From assembly GCA_047601445.1 (NCBI GenBank), contig JASGJH010000001.1:1824001-1888000 (forward strand): a DNA stretch of 64,000 bases, in the 5' to 3' direction. This DNA is from Myxococcales bacterium. Its GTDB lineage: Bacteria; Myxococcota_A; Polyangia; Polyangiales; DASUME01. Of this stretch, positions 28,507-37,082 are shown in pieces; positions within the stretch are counted from its first letter, which is position 1, and each line of letters starts with the position of its first letter. The translations under genes and the position numbers were made by a program. The notes under the pieces are model-generated. The model worked only from the letters and a program-made list of their open reading frames with translations, searched no databases and was not told where the DNA came from.

Positions 28507-29145
28507 ATGGAGATGAAGCGAGCAGTTGCGCGCAGCGCCAAGGGGGAGGCGCGCGCGTCGACGAAGACTTTGGAGCGGCCACAGGTCGCCGCGAAGCGGC
28601 CGAGCACGCCGCCCGAGTCTACTACAGCGAAGAAGCGCGAGAAGAGCGTGCCTCCGCCAGCGATTCAGGCGGCCAACGACAACGACCGGAACGCGAGCAA
28701 GCGAGCGGCGCCCACGCCCATCGGCCGCGGTCGCCTGCCCACCGGCAGCCTGCACACGGAGGCGCGCGTGCCTGCCGAGGCAGCGGCCATCAAGCAGCGC
28801 CTCACCGCGTTGGTCAACGTGCAGCAGAAGCTCGGCGAGCTGAAGCGCTCCAGCAACAAGAACTTCTACGAAATCGGGGCCCTTCTGCACCGCGTCCGCG
28901 AGGAGCGTCTGTTCGAGGTGAAGGGCTACAGCAGCCTCGAGAGCTTCATCGAGCGCGAGGTCAATCTTGGTCAGTCCTTCTGCCGGGACGCCGTGCGCAT
29001 CTACGAGACGTTCCTTCCCAACGCCGCGAGCTCACTCGGGTTTGCGCGTCTTTCCGCGGCCATCCGGGCAATCGACGACGAGCCGACCGGGGTCACGGAT
29101 ACCGCTCGAATCGCGCGCTCGCCTATTCCGCCGCACAAGCTATAA
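28507..29145 (+). CDS. Hypothetical protein: basic disordered N-tail + DUF3102-like helical domain
   Basis: NFYEIGALLHRVREERLFEVKGYSSLESFIEREVNL....RDAVRIYETF pattern; good GC3 bias. Confidence 0.7.
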   Translation: MEMKRAVARSAKGEARASTKTLERPQVAAKRPSTPPESTTAKKREKSVPPPAIQAANDNDRNASKRAAPTPIGRGRLPTGSLHTEARVPAEAAAIKQRLTALVNVQQKLGELKRSSNKNFYEIGALLHRVREERLFEVKGYSSLESFIEREVNLGQSFCRDAVRIYETFLPNAASSLGFARLSAAIRAIDDEPTGVTDTARIARSPIPPHKL

Positions 29146-29247
29146 GCTTCGGCCCGTGGCAGACGGTTCGAGCACCGCTTGCGGGCGTTTCCGCCCGCTT
29201 CGACGCGCACGCGCCTGCGCCCAAGTCGAGCATGGAGCCGGTGCGCA

Positions 29248-30570
29248 TTGCTAGCTCTCTTGGCGGCTCTGTTGTGCGTCCTCGCGAACGGCTTTTTCGT
29301 CGCGGCTGAATTCGCCCTGGTCAAGGTGCGCCCGACCTCGCTGGAGGCGAGCGCTGCCAACGGCGACCTCAAGGCGCAGCGCGCGCTCGAAGCCATCCGG
29401 AACCTCGACGCCTACCTGGGTGCCACCCAGCTCGGCATCACGTTGGCTTCGCTCGCGCTGGGCTGGCTCGGCGAGCCGGCCCTGGCGGTGCTGCTCGAGC
29501 CGGTGTTCGAGGTCACCCGTATCCCGGAGCAGGCAGCGCGCCCCATCTCGTTGGCGGTCGCGTTCGCCACCATCACGTTGTTTCACATCGTGATCGGAGA
29601 GCTGGCCCCCAAGTCGTTGGCCATCCAGTTCCCGGAGCGCGTGGTGCGGCTGTCGGCCACGGCCATGCGGGCGTTCTTCTGGGCCACCTACCCTTTCCTT
29701 TACGTGCTCAACGGTTCGGCCAACCTGTTCCTGCGTATCTTTGGCATCAAGCCGGCCGACCACGGGGTACCGGGGGCACCGTCCTCGGAGGAAATCAGGC
29801 TCATCGTGCAGGCCTCGTTTCGCGCGGGCAGCCTCGAGGGGACCCAGCGCGACCTGCTCGAACGCGTGCTGCGCGGCTCGGGTCGCAGCGTGCGCGCCAT
29901 TATGGTTCCGCGCGTGGACATGAGCGTGCTCTCCATCGAGGCCGACCTCGACACCACCGAGGCCCGCATGCGGCGCGAGGGCTACAGCCGCTATCCGCTC
30001 AGCGAGAACAACGACCCCGACCGCATCGTCGGCTATCTGTACGCCAAAGACGTTTGGACGGCGCCGCGTCCCTTCAAGGGCAAGCTCTCGAGCTTGCGGC
30101 GCGACATTCTGTTCGTGCCAGAGTCGCGCACGGTGGCCGAAGTGCTGGAGGACTTCCGCCTCTCGAACACACCCATCGCCATCGTGGTGGATGAGTACGG
30201 TGGGACCAGCGGTCTGGTGACGCTCGAGGACTGCGTCGAAGAAATCGTGGGCGACATCCGCGACGAGACCGACGACGAACCCGTGCGCATGGTGATCCGC
30301 CAGGACGGCTCGGTGGTGGTGGACGGCTCCACGCCATTCGGAGACCTCGAGGTGGAAGAGCTGCGCGAACTGGTGGCCGACCGCGACGAGACGGTGGGCT
30401 CCTACGTGATCGAAAAGCTCGGCCGATTGCCCAAGCCGGGAGACCGCGTGCGCATCGGCGAGTTCGAAATCGTGGTGGAGCTAGTGCGCCGACGGCGTGT
30501 GAGCCGCGTCGTATTTCAGGCCGCGGAGAAGCCCCCCTCGCGTGCGCCCTCGCAGGCTCCGTCGAACTGA
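29248..30570 (+). CDS. Hemolysin-family CNNM/CBS/CorC membrane protein (probable Mg/Co efflux)
   Basis: NGFFVAAEFALV, TQLGITLASLALGWLGEP, GELAPKSLA, IMVPR, YSRYP, VVDEYGGTSGLVTLED. Start probably TTG 29248 (GGAG at 29234-37). Confidence 0.92.
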   Translation: MLALLAALLCVLANGFFVAAEFALVKVRPTSLEASAANGDLKAQRALEAIRNLDAYLGATQLGITLASLALGWLGEPALAVLLEPVFEVTRIPEQAARPISLAVAFATITLFHIVIGELAPKSLAIQFPERVVRLSATAMRAFFWATYPFLYVLNGSANLFLRIFGIKPADHGVPGAPSSEEIRLIVQASFRAGSLEGTQRDLLERVLRGSGRSVRAIMVPRVDMSVLSIEADLDTTEARMRREGYSRYPLSENNDPDRIVGYLYAKDVWTAPRPFKGKLSSLRRDILFVPESRTVAEVLEDFRLSNTPIAIVVDEYGGTSGLVTLEDCVEEIVGDIRDETDDEPVRMVIRQDGSVVVDGSTPFGDLEVEELRELVADRDETVGSYVIEKLGRLPKPGDRVRIGEFEIVVELVRRRRVSRVVFQAAEKPPSRAPSQAPSN

Positions 30571-30575
30571 GCCTC

Positions 30576-31241
30576 TCAGAGATTGCCGAGCAGCGGATTC
30601 GACGGGATGCCGAACAAGTCTGCAAAGCGGTCGACACCCGGCGGCAAACTGCCGTGCTTTCGACGGTGACTCCACAGCACCGAGGCGAGTACGTCGATGG
30701 CGAGCTGCGTGGGCGTTTCCTCGAAGCGCAGGCCATCGGGCAAGCGTGCGGTGTGTGAGGCGGCCGCGGTGTCATCGACCAAGGGGTCGAACAGCGAGTG
30801 CGTGACGCCATCCGAGCGCGACCACGCCAGCGCCAAGACCTCCACGAAGGTGCCGTGCAGCGGCCGAATCAGCAACACGCCGCCCCGCTCCTCGTCGCCA
30901 GCTAGCAATGCTCGCGGGGCGATGGAGGAACGCAAGCCATCGCCGCCCGCGGAGTTGAGCGAGTCAGCGATGAGACGCGCGAGTTCGGGGTCGTCCTCGA
31001 CGGCCAACAGAGCGATCAGGGCGGGCGACGCGCTGATGCACTCGGCAGTGGCGTCAGACAGGACTGCCTCGATGATGCGTCTGCGTGCAGCCACGGCAAG
31101 CGAGGCGTACGCCCCCGCCAGACCACGCGCAGCCGCCGGATCGGTGGCCGCCGCGACGATCAACGCTCCAAACGGGCCAACGCGCCCGCCACCCTTGCGC
31201 AGGTTGATTGGGAGCCGAGTACTGTCGTCCCGAGTCGACAC
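30576..31241 (-). CDS. Hypothetical protein
   Basis: 221-aa ORF filling the space between a convergent and a divergent gene; no motif recognised. Confidence 0.55.
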   Translation of the reverse strand: MSTRDDSTRLPINLRKGGGRVGPFGALIVAAATDPAAARGLAGAYASLAVAARRRIIEAVLSDATAECISASPALIALLAVEDDPELARLIADSLNSAGGDGLRSSIAPRALLAGDEERGGVLLIRPLHGTFVEVLALAWSRSDGVTHSLFDPLVDDTAAASHTARLPDGLRFEETPTQLAIDVLASVLWSHRRKHGSLPPGVDRFADLFGIPSNPLLGNL

Positions 31242-31434
31242 GACGGCCCTTCATACAGGACCTGTTGACGGACCGCCAGTGGCCTCGAACCGATCCCGCA
31301 TCAAACTCTGGCATGGGCTTGACGGCCCACCTCGCCCCCGTGTACGCACCCTCGCGAAGACGATGCCGAAGCGCGCGGGCCGCGCCATCATCGGGGGCGC
31401 GCCGGTCGCGCCACGAACAGGGACCGAGAGCGAA

Positions 31435-32112
31435 ATGTTGCAGAGCGACGCCGAGCTTGAGGCACACCGAGAGCTGGTGGAGCGTATCGTTCGCGCGCTC
31501 CTGCGTGAGCTCGACCTGTCTTGTGATCCAGATGACCTCCGAGCCTGGGGATTTCAGGGGCTGCTCGAGGCGAAACAGCGCTTCGATGCGAGTCGTGGCG
31601 TGCGCTTCTCCGCCTTTGCCCACTATCGCATCCGTGGCGCCATCCTCGACGGCGTGCGCAGTCAGGGCTTCTTGCGGCGGCGAGCTTACGCACGCCTGAA
31701 GGCCTTCGAGGCCACCGACGCCATCGCCGAACAACTCGCCGAAGAACAGGCCAATCGACCAACCTCCGAGGGCACATTGCCAGGTCAGGCCGCGACGCAA
31801 CAGCGCGCCGAAGACCTCGACGCAGCGTTGGGCAAGATTACCGCGGCCTTCCTCATCTCCGCCGTCGGACAGGGCGAGGAACGCGCGCCGGAGGCACCTG
31901 ACAGACGCCTCGAGTCTGCTCAGGAGCAAAGCCTGGTCCACGCGAGTCTGGAGCAATTGCCCGAACGCGAACGGACCTTACTGCAGGCTGTCTACTTCGA
32001 GGGGATCACGATCGAAGAAGCGGGCGCTCGGCTCGGACTCTCCAAGTCGTGGGCGAGCCGCCTGCACGCCAAGGCCCTGGACCGCATGCGCAAGCAGCTG
32101 GAAGCGCTGTAG
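31435..32112 (+). CDS. sigma70-family RNA polymerase sigma factor, FliA/WhiG-like
   Basis: DDLRAWGFQGLLEAKQRFDASRGVRFSAFAHYRIRGAILD (region 2); LPERERTLL..VYFEGITIEEAGARLGLSKSWASRLH (region 4). Confidence 0.9.
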   Translation: MLQSDAELEAHRELVERIVRALLRELDLSCDPDDLRAWGFQGLLEAKQRFDASRGVRFSAFAHYRIRGAILDGVRSQGFLRRRAYARLKAFEATDAIAEQLAEEQANRPTSEGTLPGQAATQQRAEDLDAALGKITAAFLISAVGQGEERAPEAPDRRLESAQEQSLVHASLEQLPERERTLLQAVYFEGITIEEAGARLGLSKSWASRLHAKALDRMRKQLEAL

Positions 32113-32120
32113 AGGTGCGA

Positions 32121-32774
32121 ATGTTCCGAGCATGTGTCGTGTGTTGGCTCTGGCTCGCGTCGTTCGCGGTGCTCGGGGTCCTGGCAAGTGGCGTCTCCGC
32201 GCAGCCCGCGCCAGCCCACGCCGACCGCGTCGGCGAACTCGTGGCACGCGGGCTAGCGTACGAGCAGCGTGGCGACCCCAGCAGCGCACTCGGCTTCTTC
32301 CGCGACGCGGTGACTGCGGGCCCGCGCGACGAACGGGGCTATGCGGCGCTGGGCGCCGGCTACCTCGCGCTCTCCGAGTGGAGTCGCGCGCAGGAGACGT
32401 TCGAGGCCGGCGTCCGAGCCGTGCCGAGCAGCGAAAAGCTATGGTTCGGACTGTATGAATCCGAGCGAAACATGAACCGGAGCCCGCGCGCGCTCGCCGC
32501 GCTACGTGCCGCGCGCAGCGCACAGCCGAGCTCCGTGCGTGTCCTGACCGCACTCGCCGATCTGGCCTCCGAGCTCGGCTTGTGGAGCGATGCGCTGGCC
32601 GCCACGCGCACACTAGCGGCACTGGCCGTCACCCGTCCGAACGAGCTCGACGCGAACACATGGCGGCTCCGCACACGCGCCCTCGAGCTCATCCTCGGCA
32701 GCAGCGAGCGCGTGCATCATCAAACCTGCCCTGCCGCGACCGCCGTGCTGAGCGCGCTCGGGCGTTGTCCCTGA
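32121..32774 (+). CDS. Exported TPR protein
   Basis: Signal peptide ending VSA; TPR-like helices (ALGFFRDAVTAGPRDERGYAALGAGY). Confidence 0.75.
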   Translation: MFRACVVCWLWLASFAVLGVLASGVSAQPAPAHADRVGELVARGLAYEQRGDPSSALGFFRDAVTAGPRDERGYAALGAGYLALSEWSRAQETFEAGVRAVPSSEKLWFGLYESERNMNRSPRALAALRAARSAQPSSVRVLTALADLASELGLWSDALAATRTLAALAVTRPNELDANTWRLRTRALELILGSSERVHHQTCPAATAVLSALGRCP

Positions 32775-32784
32775 GCTGACCTTC

Positions 32785-35700
32785 GTGCGCCGCCTCGCCT
32801 ATCTCGCCTTCTTCCTCTCGGGTGCGTCGAGCCTGATCTTCCAGACGCTGTGGACGCGCATGTTGCACCACACGTTCGGCGCCACCAGCGTCGCCATGAG
32901 CTCAGTGCTCACGGCCTTCATGGCGGGCCTCGGACTTGGGGCACATCTATTCGGCAAGCGCGCAGCTCGCATGAAGCGTCCTCTGGTGGCCTATGCCCTG
33001 TGCGAGCTGGGCGTGGCCGCGTGTGCGCTGGTGATCCCCGAGCTGGTGCGCGCCGACGGCTTTCTGGCGGACATCAACTCCTCGCTGCGAGCGACGCTGG
33101 GTGAAGGTAGCCTCGGCTTCATGTTGGCGCGCTTCGGTTGCGTCTTTCCCATCTTGATCGTCCCCACCACTTTGATGGGCGGTAGCTTGCCCTTGCTGGC
33201 GCAGCACTTCGTGCGCGGCTCCGACGACTCGGCCTCGCTGAGCGCCGAGGTCGGCACCCTCTACGCAGTGAACACCTTCGGCGCCGTCGCCGGCACGGTG
33301 GCGGGCAGTTTCCTGCTGATGCCGGCATTCGGGGTCCAGCTGACCAATTGGTTCGCGGTAGGAATCAACGCCTTGCTCGGCGTCGGCATCGTGACGGTTT
33401 TCTCCGTGCGTGCAGGCGCGGCGCGCGGAGCGCCTGCGGCCGCCGCAGAAGCGGGCGCGGCCCCCGATGCGGCGCGCGAGCCCGCTAGCGTCCCGCATCC
33501 GTCGAGCATGCTGGGGAGGAAGCTCGCGCTGTGGGGCTTCGCCATCTCTGGCGCCTGCGCGATGACCTACGAAGTCGTCTGGTCGCGCGCGCTCTCGATG
33601 GCCATCGGCTCGTCGATGCAGGCCTTCGCGCTGATCCTGGTCACGTTCCTGGTGGGCATCGCCCTGGGCAGCGCGGTGGCCTCGCGGCTGCTCCTGTTGC
33701 CCACGCTCTCGTCGGCCGCGCTCACGTTGTGGGGACTCGTCACCTGCGCCTTGAGCCTGCTCGCGCTGGCGCCCTGCTTCGCCCTCGCCAGCGCCGCGCT
33801 CGCATCGACCATCTGGCTCTGCCTGTGCGCGAGCATCGGCATCTACCTGACCCTGGCTTTCCGGCGCGCTGCACAGCTCGAAGCCGCCGACGACGAGCTC
33901 GAGCGTGAAGCCGAGAGCGTCCGCCTGGACGCCGCCGAGCGCGTCCTGCTGTTGCCCTGCGCCACCTCACTCGTGAGCTTGGCCTACTTCACCTTGCGCC
34001 ACAGCCAGCTTCCCGCCGTCTCGGTGCACGGCTATCTACCGCACGTGACGGGGAGCGTGGTGCTGTGCGTCGCGGGTCTGTTGTGGTTGTTGCTGCGACT
34101 GCGAAACGCGAGCTGGCTATTGGCCGGTTCCATTCAGCTCTCCATCGCCATCTCGACCTTCGCCAGCTACCTGTTCCAGGACGAGATCCCTTACGGGTTC
34201 GCGCGCCTGGTGAGTTCGCTGGGAAGCCTATCGGACCACGTCGGCACCGTTCGCTTCTTCATGTTGCTGTCGGCGGGCCTCTGTACGTTGCCTGCCACGC
34301 TCGGCATGGGTGCCATGTTCCCCGTGACGCTCGAGCTCGCGCGCCGCGGCCAACGCAACGCGCTCGGGCAAGACGTGGGCAACGTCTACGCCGCCAATAC
34401 GCTGGGATCCATCGCGGGCTCCTGGTTGCCGGGCTTCGTGCTCTTGCCGCGACTCGGCATGGAGCCGACACTGCGATTGGCCATGCTGCTCAACGCCGTG
34501 ATGGCCCTGGTCATGCTGGGGAGCGCGCCCGAGCGTGGCACCGCCAAGCGCTTGCTCTCCGGCCTCGCCGCGCTCGCCGCCGCCGGCTTGATGACCTTGC
34601 TGATCTTGGGTCGCACACCGCTCGACTGGGATCTCTCTCACATGACGCTCGGGGCCTTTCGCGTCTCGCTCGCGCGCGAGGTGCTGGATCCCACCTCGTG
34701 GGGCCAGCCCGACCTCGTCTACTATCGCGACGGAGTTTCCACCACCGTGTCGGTCGAGCGCTGGGGCCGCCACCTCTCGCTCAAGAACAACGGCAAGGTC
34801 GACGCCTCCAACGGCGACGACATGCCCACGCAGATCATGGTGTCGGCCTACCCGCTCCTGCTGCACCCGAAGGGCCCGCGTGGACTCGACGTGGCCATCG
34901 TGGGCTTCGGCTCGGGCGTCACCGTGGGAGCCGCGCTCGAGTTCCCCGTGCGCCACGTGGAGGCCATGGAGCTCGAGGAAGCCGTGGTGGAGGCGGGCGT
35001 GGAGTACTTCTCGGACGTCAGCCACTTGTCGCGCAAGAGCGCGCGCTTTCCCTATGTTCGGCACCCGCGCCTCACGCTGCACAACGACGACGGACGTAAC
35101 TTCTTGGCATCCACCAAGGCGCACTACGACGTGATCGTCAGCGAGCCCTCCAACCCCTGGATTACTGGCGTGTCCGACCTCTTCACGGTCGATCACTTCC
35201 AGCTCACCAAGCGTCGACTCAAGCCCGGCGGTGTGTACTGCCAGTGGGTGCAGCTCTACGAGATGAGCCCCGAGAACATCAAGACCATCTATCGCACCTT
35301 CGCATCTCAGTTCCGTTACGTGCTGGCCTTCGCAGCCGAAGAGCTCTCGAGCGACACCATCCTGGTCGGCTCCGACAGCCCGCTCCCACTCGATTTGGAT
35401 CACGTGGCCCGCTCGATGGCCATTCCGAGCGTGAACGCCGAGCTCGAGCGCGCCTACGTGCACTCAGCCTACGACGTGTGGAGCCGCATCCTGTTCGCCA
35501 GCCGCGAAGAGCTGATGCAGTTCACGCAGCGCGAAGAGCGGCTTTCGAAGGGGCACTGGCAGGAGGTCATGCGCGCCACCGGTGGGGCCCCCTGTGAGCC
35601 ATCGAACTGCCGCCGCGTGCCAGCCCGGCTGAACACCGACGACAACATGTTGATCGAACTGCGGGCCCCCTCCGACCTGATCGGCTTCTCGCGTTACGAA

Positions 35701-36333
35701 GGTTACCTCAGTGTCTTCTACGGCGAGGATTGGCCGTACGCACAGCTGGAGCGCAGCTTGCGCGGCGCGGAGTCGAGCGCGGACAAGGTGGCGATGGCCC
35801 TGTCGCTCCTGGCCCACGGTCGCAAGCGCGACGCGCGCACCTACGTGCGTTCCCTCCCCAGTGCGCCGCCACCCGAGCTCGAGGCCGACGTGCGCGCCGC
35901 TCAGTTCTTGCTCGGGGATCTACCCGAACCACAGCCGGACATCGAACCTCCGCTCCCGAGTCCGCAGCTCGATCCCGCGGCGCGCCGTACCTTCGACCTC
36001 AGTTACGTCGAGATCGAGCGCGCGCTGCAGAATGGGAACCCCAAGTTGGCGCTCGCCATCTTCGAGCGCCTGCCGACGCTCTTGCGCACCCTGAGCGGAC
36101 CGAGCTTCCGCTTCCTGCATGCGTTGGTGCTGCTGCGCGCGGCGGGGTCCGACCGTGCGCTCCTCAAGGAATCCGTGCTGGAGTTCGAGGACCTGATTCG
36201 GAAGGACGAGACCTACGCCCGCGCCCATCCGGAGCTGTACTACTTCCTGGCACGTGCCCAGGAGCGCGCCTCCAACTACGACAAGTCGGTGCGCAACATG
36301 AGAGCCTTCGCGGTCCAGACGGCGCCGAACTGA
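32785..36333 (+). CDS. Fused multi-TM (MFS-like)/spermidine-synthase-like protein with C-terminal TPR
   Basis: FFLSGASSLIFQTLWTR, LYAVNTFGAVAG, second repeat YAANTLGSIAG; VAIVGFGSGVT, DDGRNFL, YDVIVSEPSNPW, LNTDDN. Confidence 0.88.
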   Translation: MRRLAYLAFFLSGASSLIFQTLWTRMLHHTFGATSVAMSSVLTAFMAGLGLGAHLFGKRAARMKRPLVAYALCELGVAACALVIPELVRADGFLADINSSLRATLGEGSLGFMLARFGCVFPILIVPTTLMGGSLPLLAQHFVRGSDDSASLSAEVGTLYAVNTFGAVAGTVAGSFLLMPAFGVQLTNWFAVGINALLGVGIVTVFSVRAGAARGAPAAAAEAGAAPDAAREPASVPHPSSMLGRKLALWGFAISGACAMTYEVVWSRALSMAIGSSMQAFALILVTFLVGIALGSAVASRLLLLPTLSSAALTLWGLVTCALSLLALAPCFALASAALASTIWLCLCASIGIYLTLAFRRAAQLEAADDELEREAESVRLDAAERVLLLPCATSLVSLAYFTLRHSQLPAVSVHGYLPHVTGSVVLCVAGLLWLLLRLRNASWLLAGSIQLSIAISTFASYLFQDEIPYGFARLVSSLGSLSDHVGTVRFFMLLSAGLCTLPATLGMGAMFPVTLELARRGQRNALGQDVGNVYAANTLGSIAGSWLPGFVLLPRLGMEPTLRLAMLLNAVMALVMLGSAPERGTAKRLLSGLAALAAAGLMTLLILGRTPLDWDLSHMTLGAFRVSLAREVLDPTSWGQPDLVYYRDGVSTTVSVERWGRHLSLKNNGKVDASNGDDMPTQIMVSAYPLLLHPKGPRGLDVAIVGFGSGVTVGAALEFPVRHVEAMELEEAVVEAGVEYFSDVSHLSRKSARFPYVRHPRLTLHNDDGRNFLASTKAHYDVIVSEPSNPWITGVSDLFTVDHFQLTKRRLKPGGVYCQWVQLYEMSPENIKTIYRTFASQFRYVLAFAAEELSSDTILVGSDSPLPLDLDHVARSMAIPSVNAELERAYVHSAYDVWSRILFASREELMQFTQREERLSKGHWQEVMRATGGAPCEPSNCRRVPARLNTDDNMLIELRAPSDLIGFSRYEGYLSVFYGEDWPYAQLERSLRGAESSADKVAMALSLLAHGRKRDARTYVRSLPSAPPPELEADVRAAQFLLGDLPEPQPDIEPPLPSPQLDPAARRTFDLSYVEIERALQNGNPKLALAIFERLPTLLRTLSGPSFRFLHALVLLRAAGSDRALLKESVLEFEDLIRKDETYARAHPELYYFLARAQERASNYDKSVRNMRAFAVQTAPN

Positions 36334-36490
36334 GGACGCTACCGGCAGTTCGCTGCGTAGGGAGTTACGCACTCGTTCTCGCCCCAGGTGCGTACGACAC
36401 GTTGCACCCGGTTCGTGAAAAGCCTTTTGTAAAATTAGTTTTTCTATAGCTTTCGGGCACTTGTGAATATGGCATTACAACTAGAGCAGT

Positions 36491-36506
36491 GGGCACAGAA
36501 GCTGCT
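36491..36506 (+). promoter_or_regulatory. Putative sigma54 promoter of the 60-aa protein
   Basis: GGGCACAGAAGCTGCT = GG-N10-GC; preceded by an AT-rich tract at ~36415-36485. Confidence 0.5.
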
Positions 36507-36518
36507 TAACGCGGCCGC

Positions 36519-36701
36519 ATGACCAAGCAGGAAGCTCAGCGCTCGATCGACATCTTCGCCAAGACCGTGTACCGCGACCTCAAGCAGAACGGTTACTGCC
36601 GCGCCGACATCGTCTCGTTCGCCAGCTGCATCCTCGAGCAGATCACGAGCGACGCCAAGGCTTCCGGCGTCACCGCCGAGACTCGCGAAACCACCGTCTG
36701 A
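36519..36701 (+). CDS. Small helical hypothetical protein (60 aa)
   Basis: Strong GC3 bias; IFAKTVYRDLKQNGY..ADIVSFAS.ILEQIT amphipathic pattern. Confidence 0.75.
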   Translation: MTKQEAQRSIDIFAKTVYRDLKQNGYCRADIVSFASCILEQITSDAKASGVTAETRETTV

Positions 36702-36824
36702 AGGTCGGTACGCCGCGAGTGCCCGCGAGGATCGACAGAGCGCGCCGACCACTGGCCCGCTACGAAACCTCGAGTCACGCTGCATAAACAGAGGAAACCG
36801 GGCCGAAAACGCCGGTGGTTTCGC

Positions 36825-36853
36825 TTGACCACCCGTGTAGGCAGGGGTAGACC
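36825..36853 (+). promoter_or_regulatory. sigma70-type promoter of the gap operon
   Basis: TTGACC-N17-TAGACC. Confidence 0.55.
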
Positions 36854-36859
36854 ACAGCC

Positions 36860-37082
36860 GCGTCTCAGCTCCTAGTTCGAGCGCCGAAAGCTCGCGGAAG
36901 CTGATGAGCGAGGTCGCAGGGTCTGCACTGCCCGTGCTCGTTCACAGGAGCAGCACGGCACAGCGCGGGCACAGCGCGCAACGAAGGCGCCTGGTCGAGA
37001 AATTTTAGCGGCGCGAACCCGGGTGAAGCGCACAGCTCTCCCGGTTCTTCCGCCTCAGCGGTGAAAGAGGACAGGAGAGCAC
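36860..37082 (+). ncRNA. Candidate structured 5' leader or sRNA upstream of gap
   Basis: Several hand-folded stems and an anti-SD pairing; no known family recognised. Confidence 0.3.

Noticed and set aside
29232..29250. Possible frameshift joining ATG 29232 (MEPV) to the hemolysin-family frame
   Set aside because: An in-frame TTG at 29248 with GGAG 10 nt upstream explains the start without an indel. This cannot be fully excluded without reads.
31309..31324. sigma54-like TGGCATG upstream of the sigma factor gene
   Set aside because: Spacing is wrong and there is no GC at the -12 position.
36880..36912. Hammerhead-like CTGATGAG/GAAA and glmS-like AGCGCC motifs
   Set aside because: Stem I and the cleavage triplet cannot be formed, and the glmS core is absent. 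Kept only as a generic structured leader.
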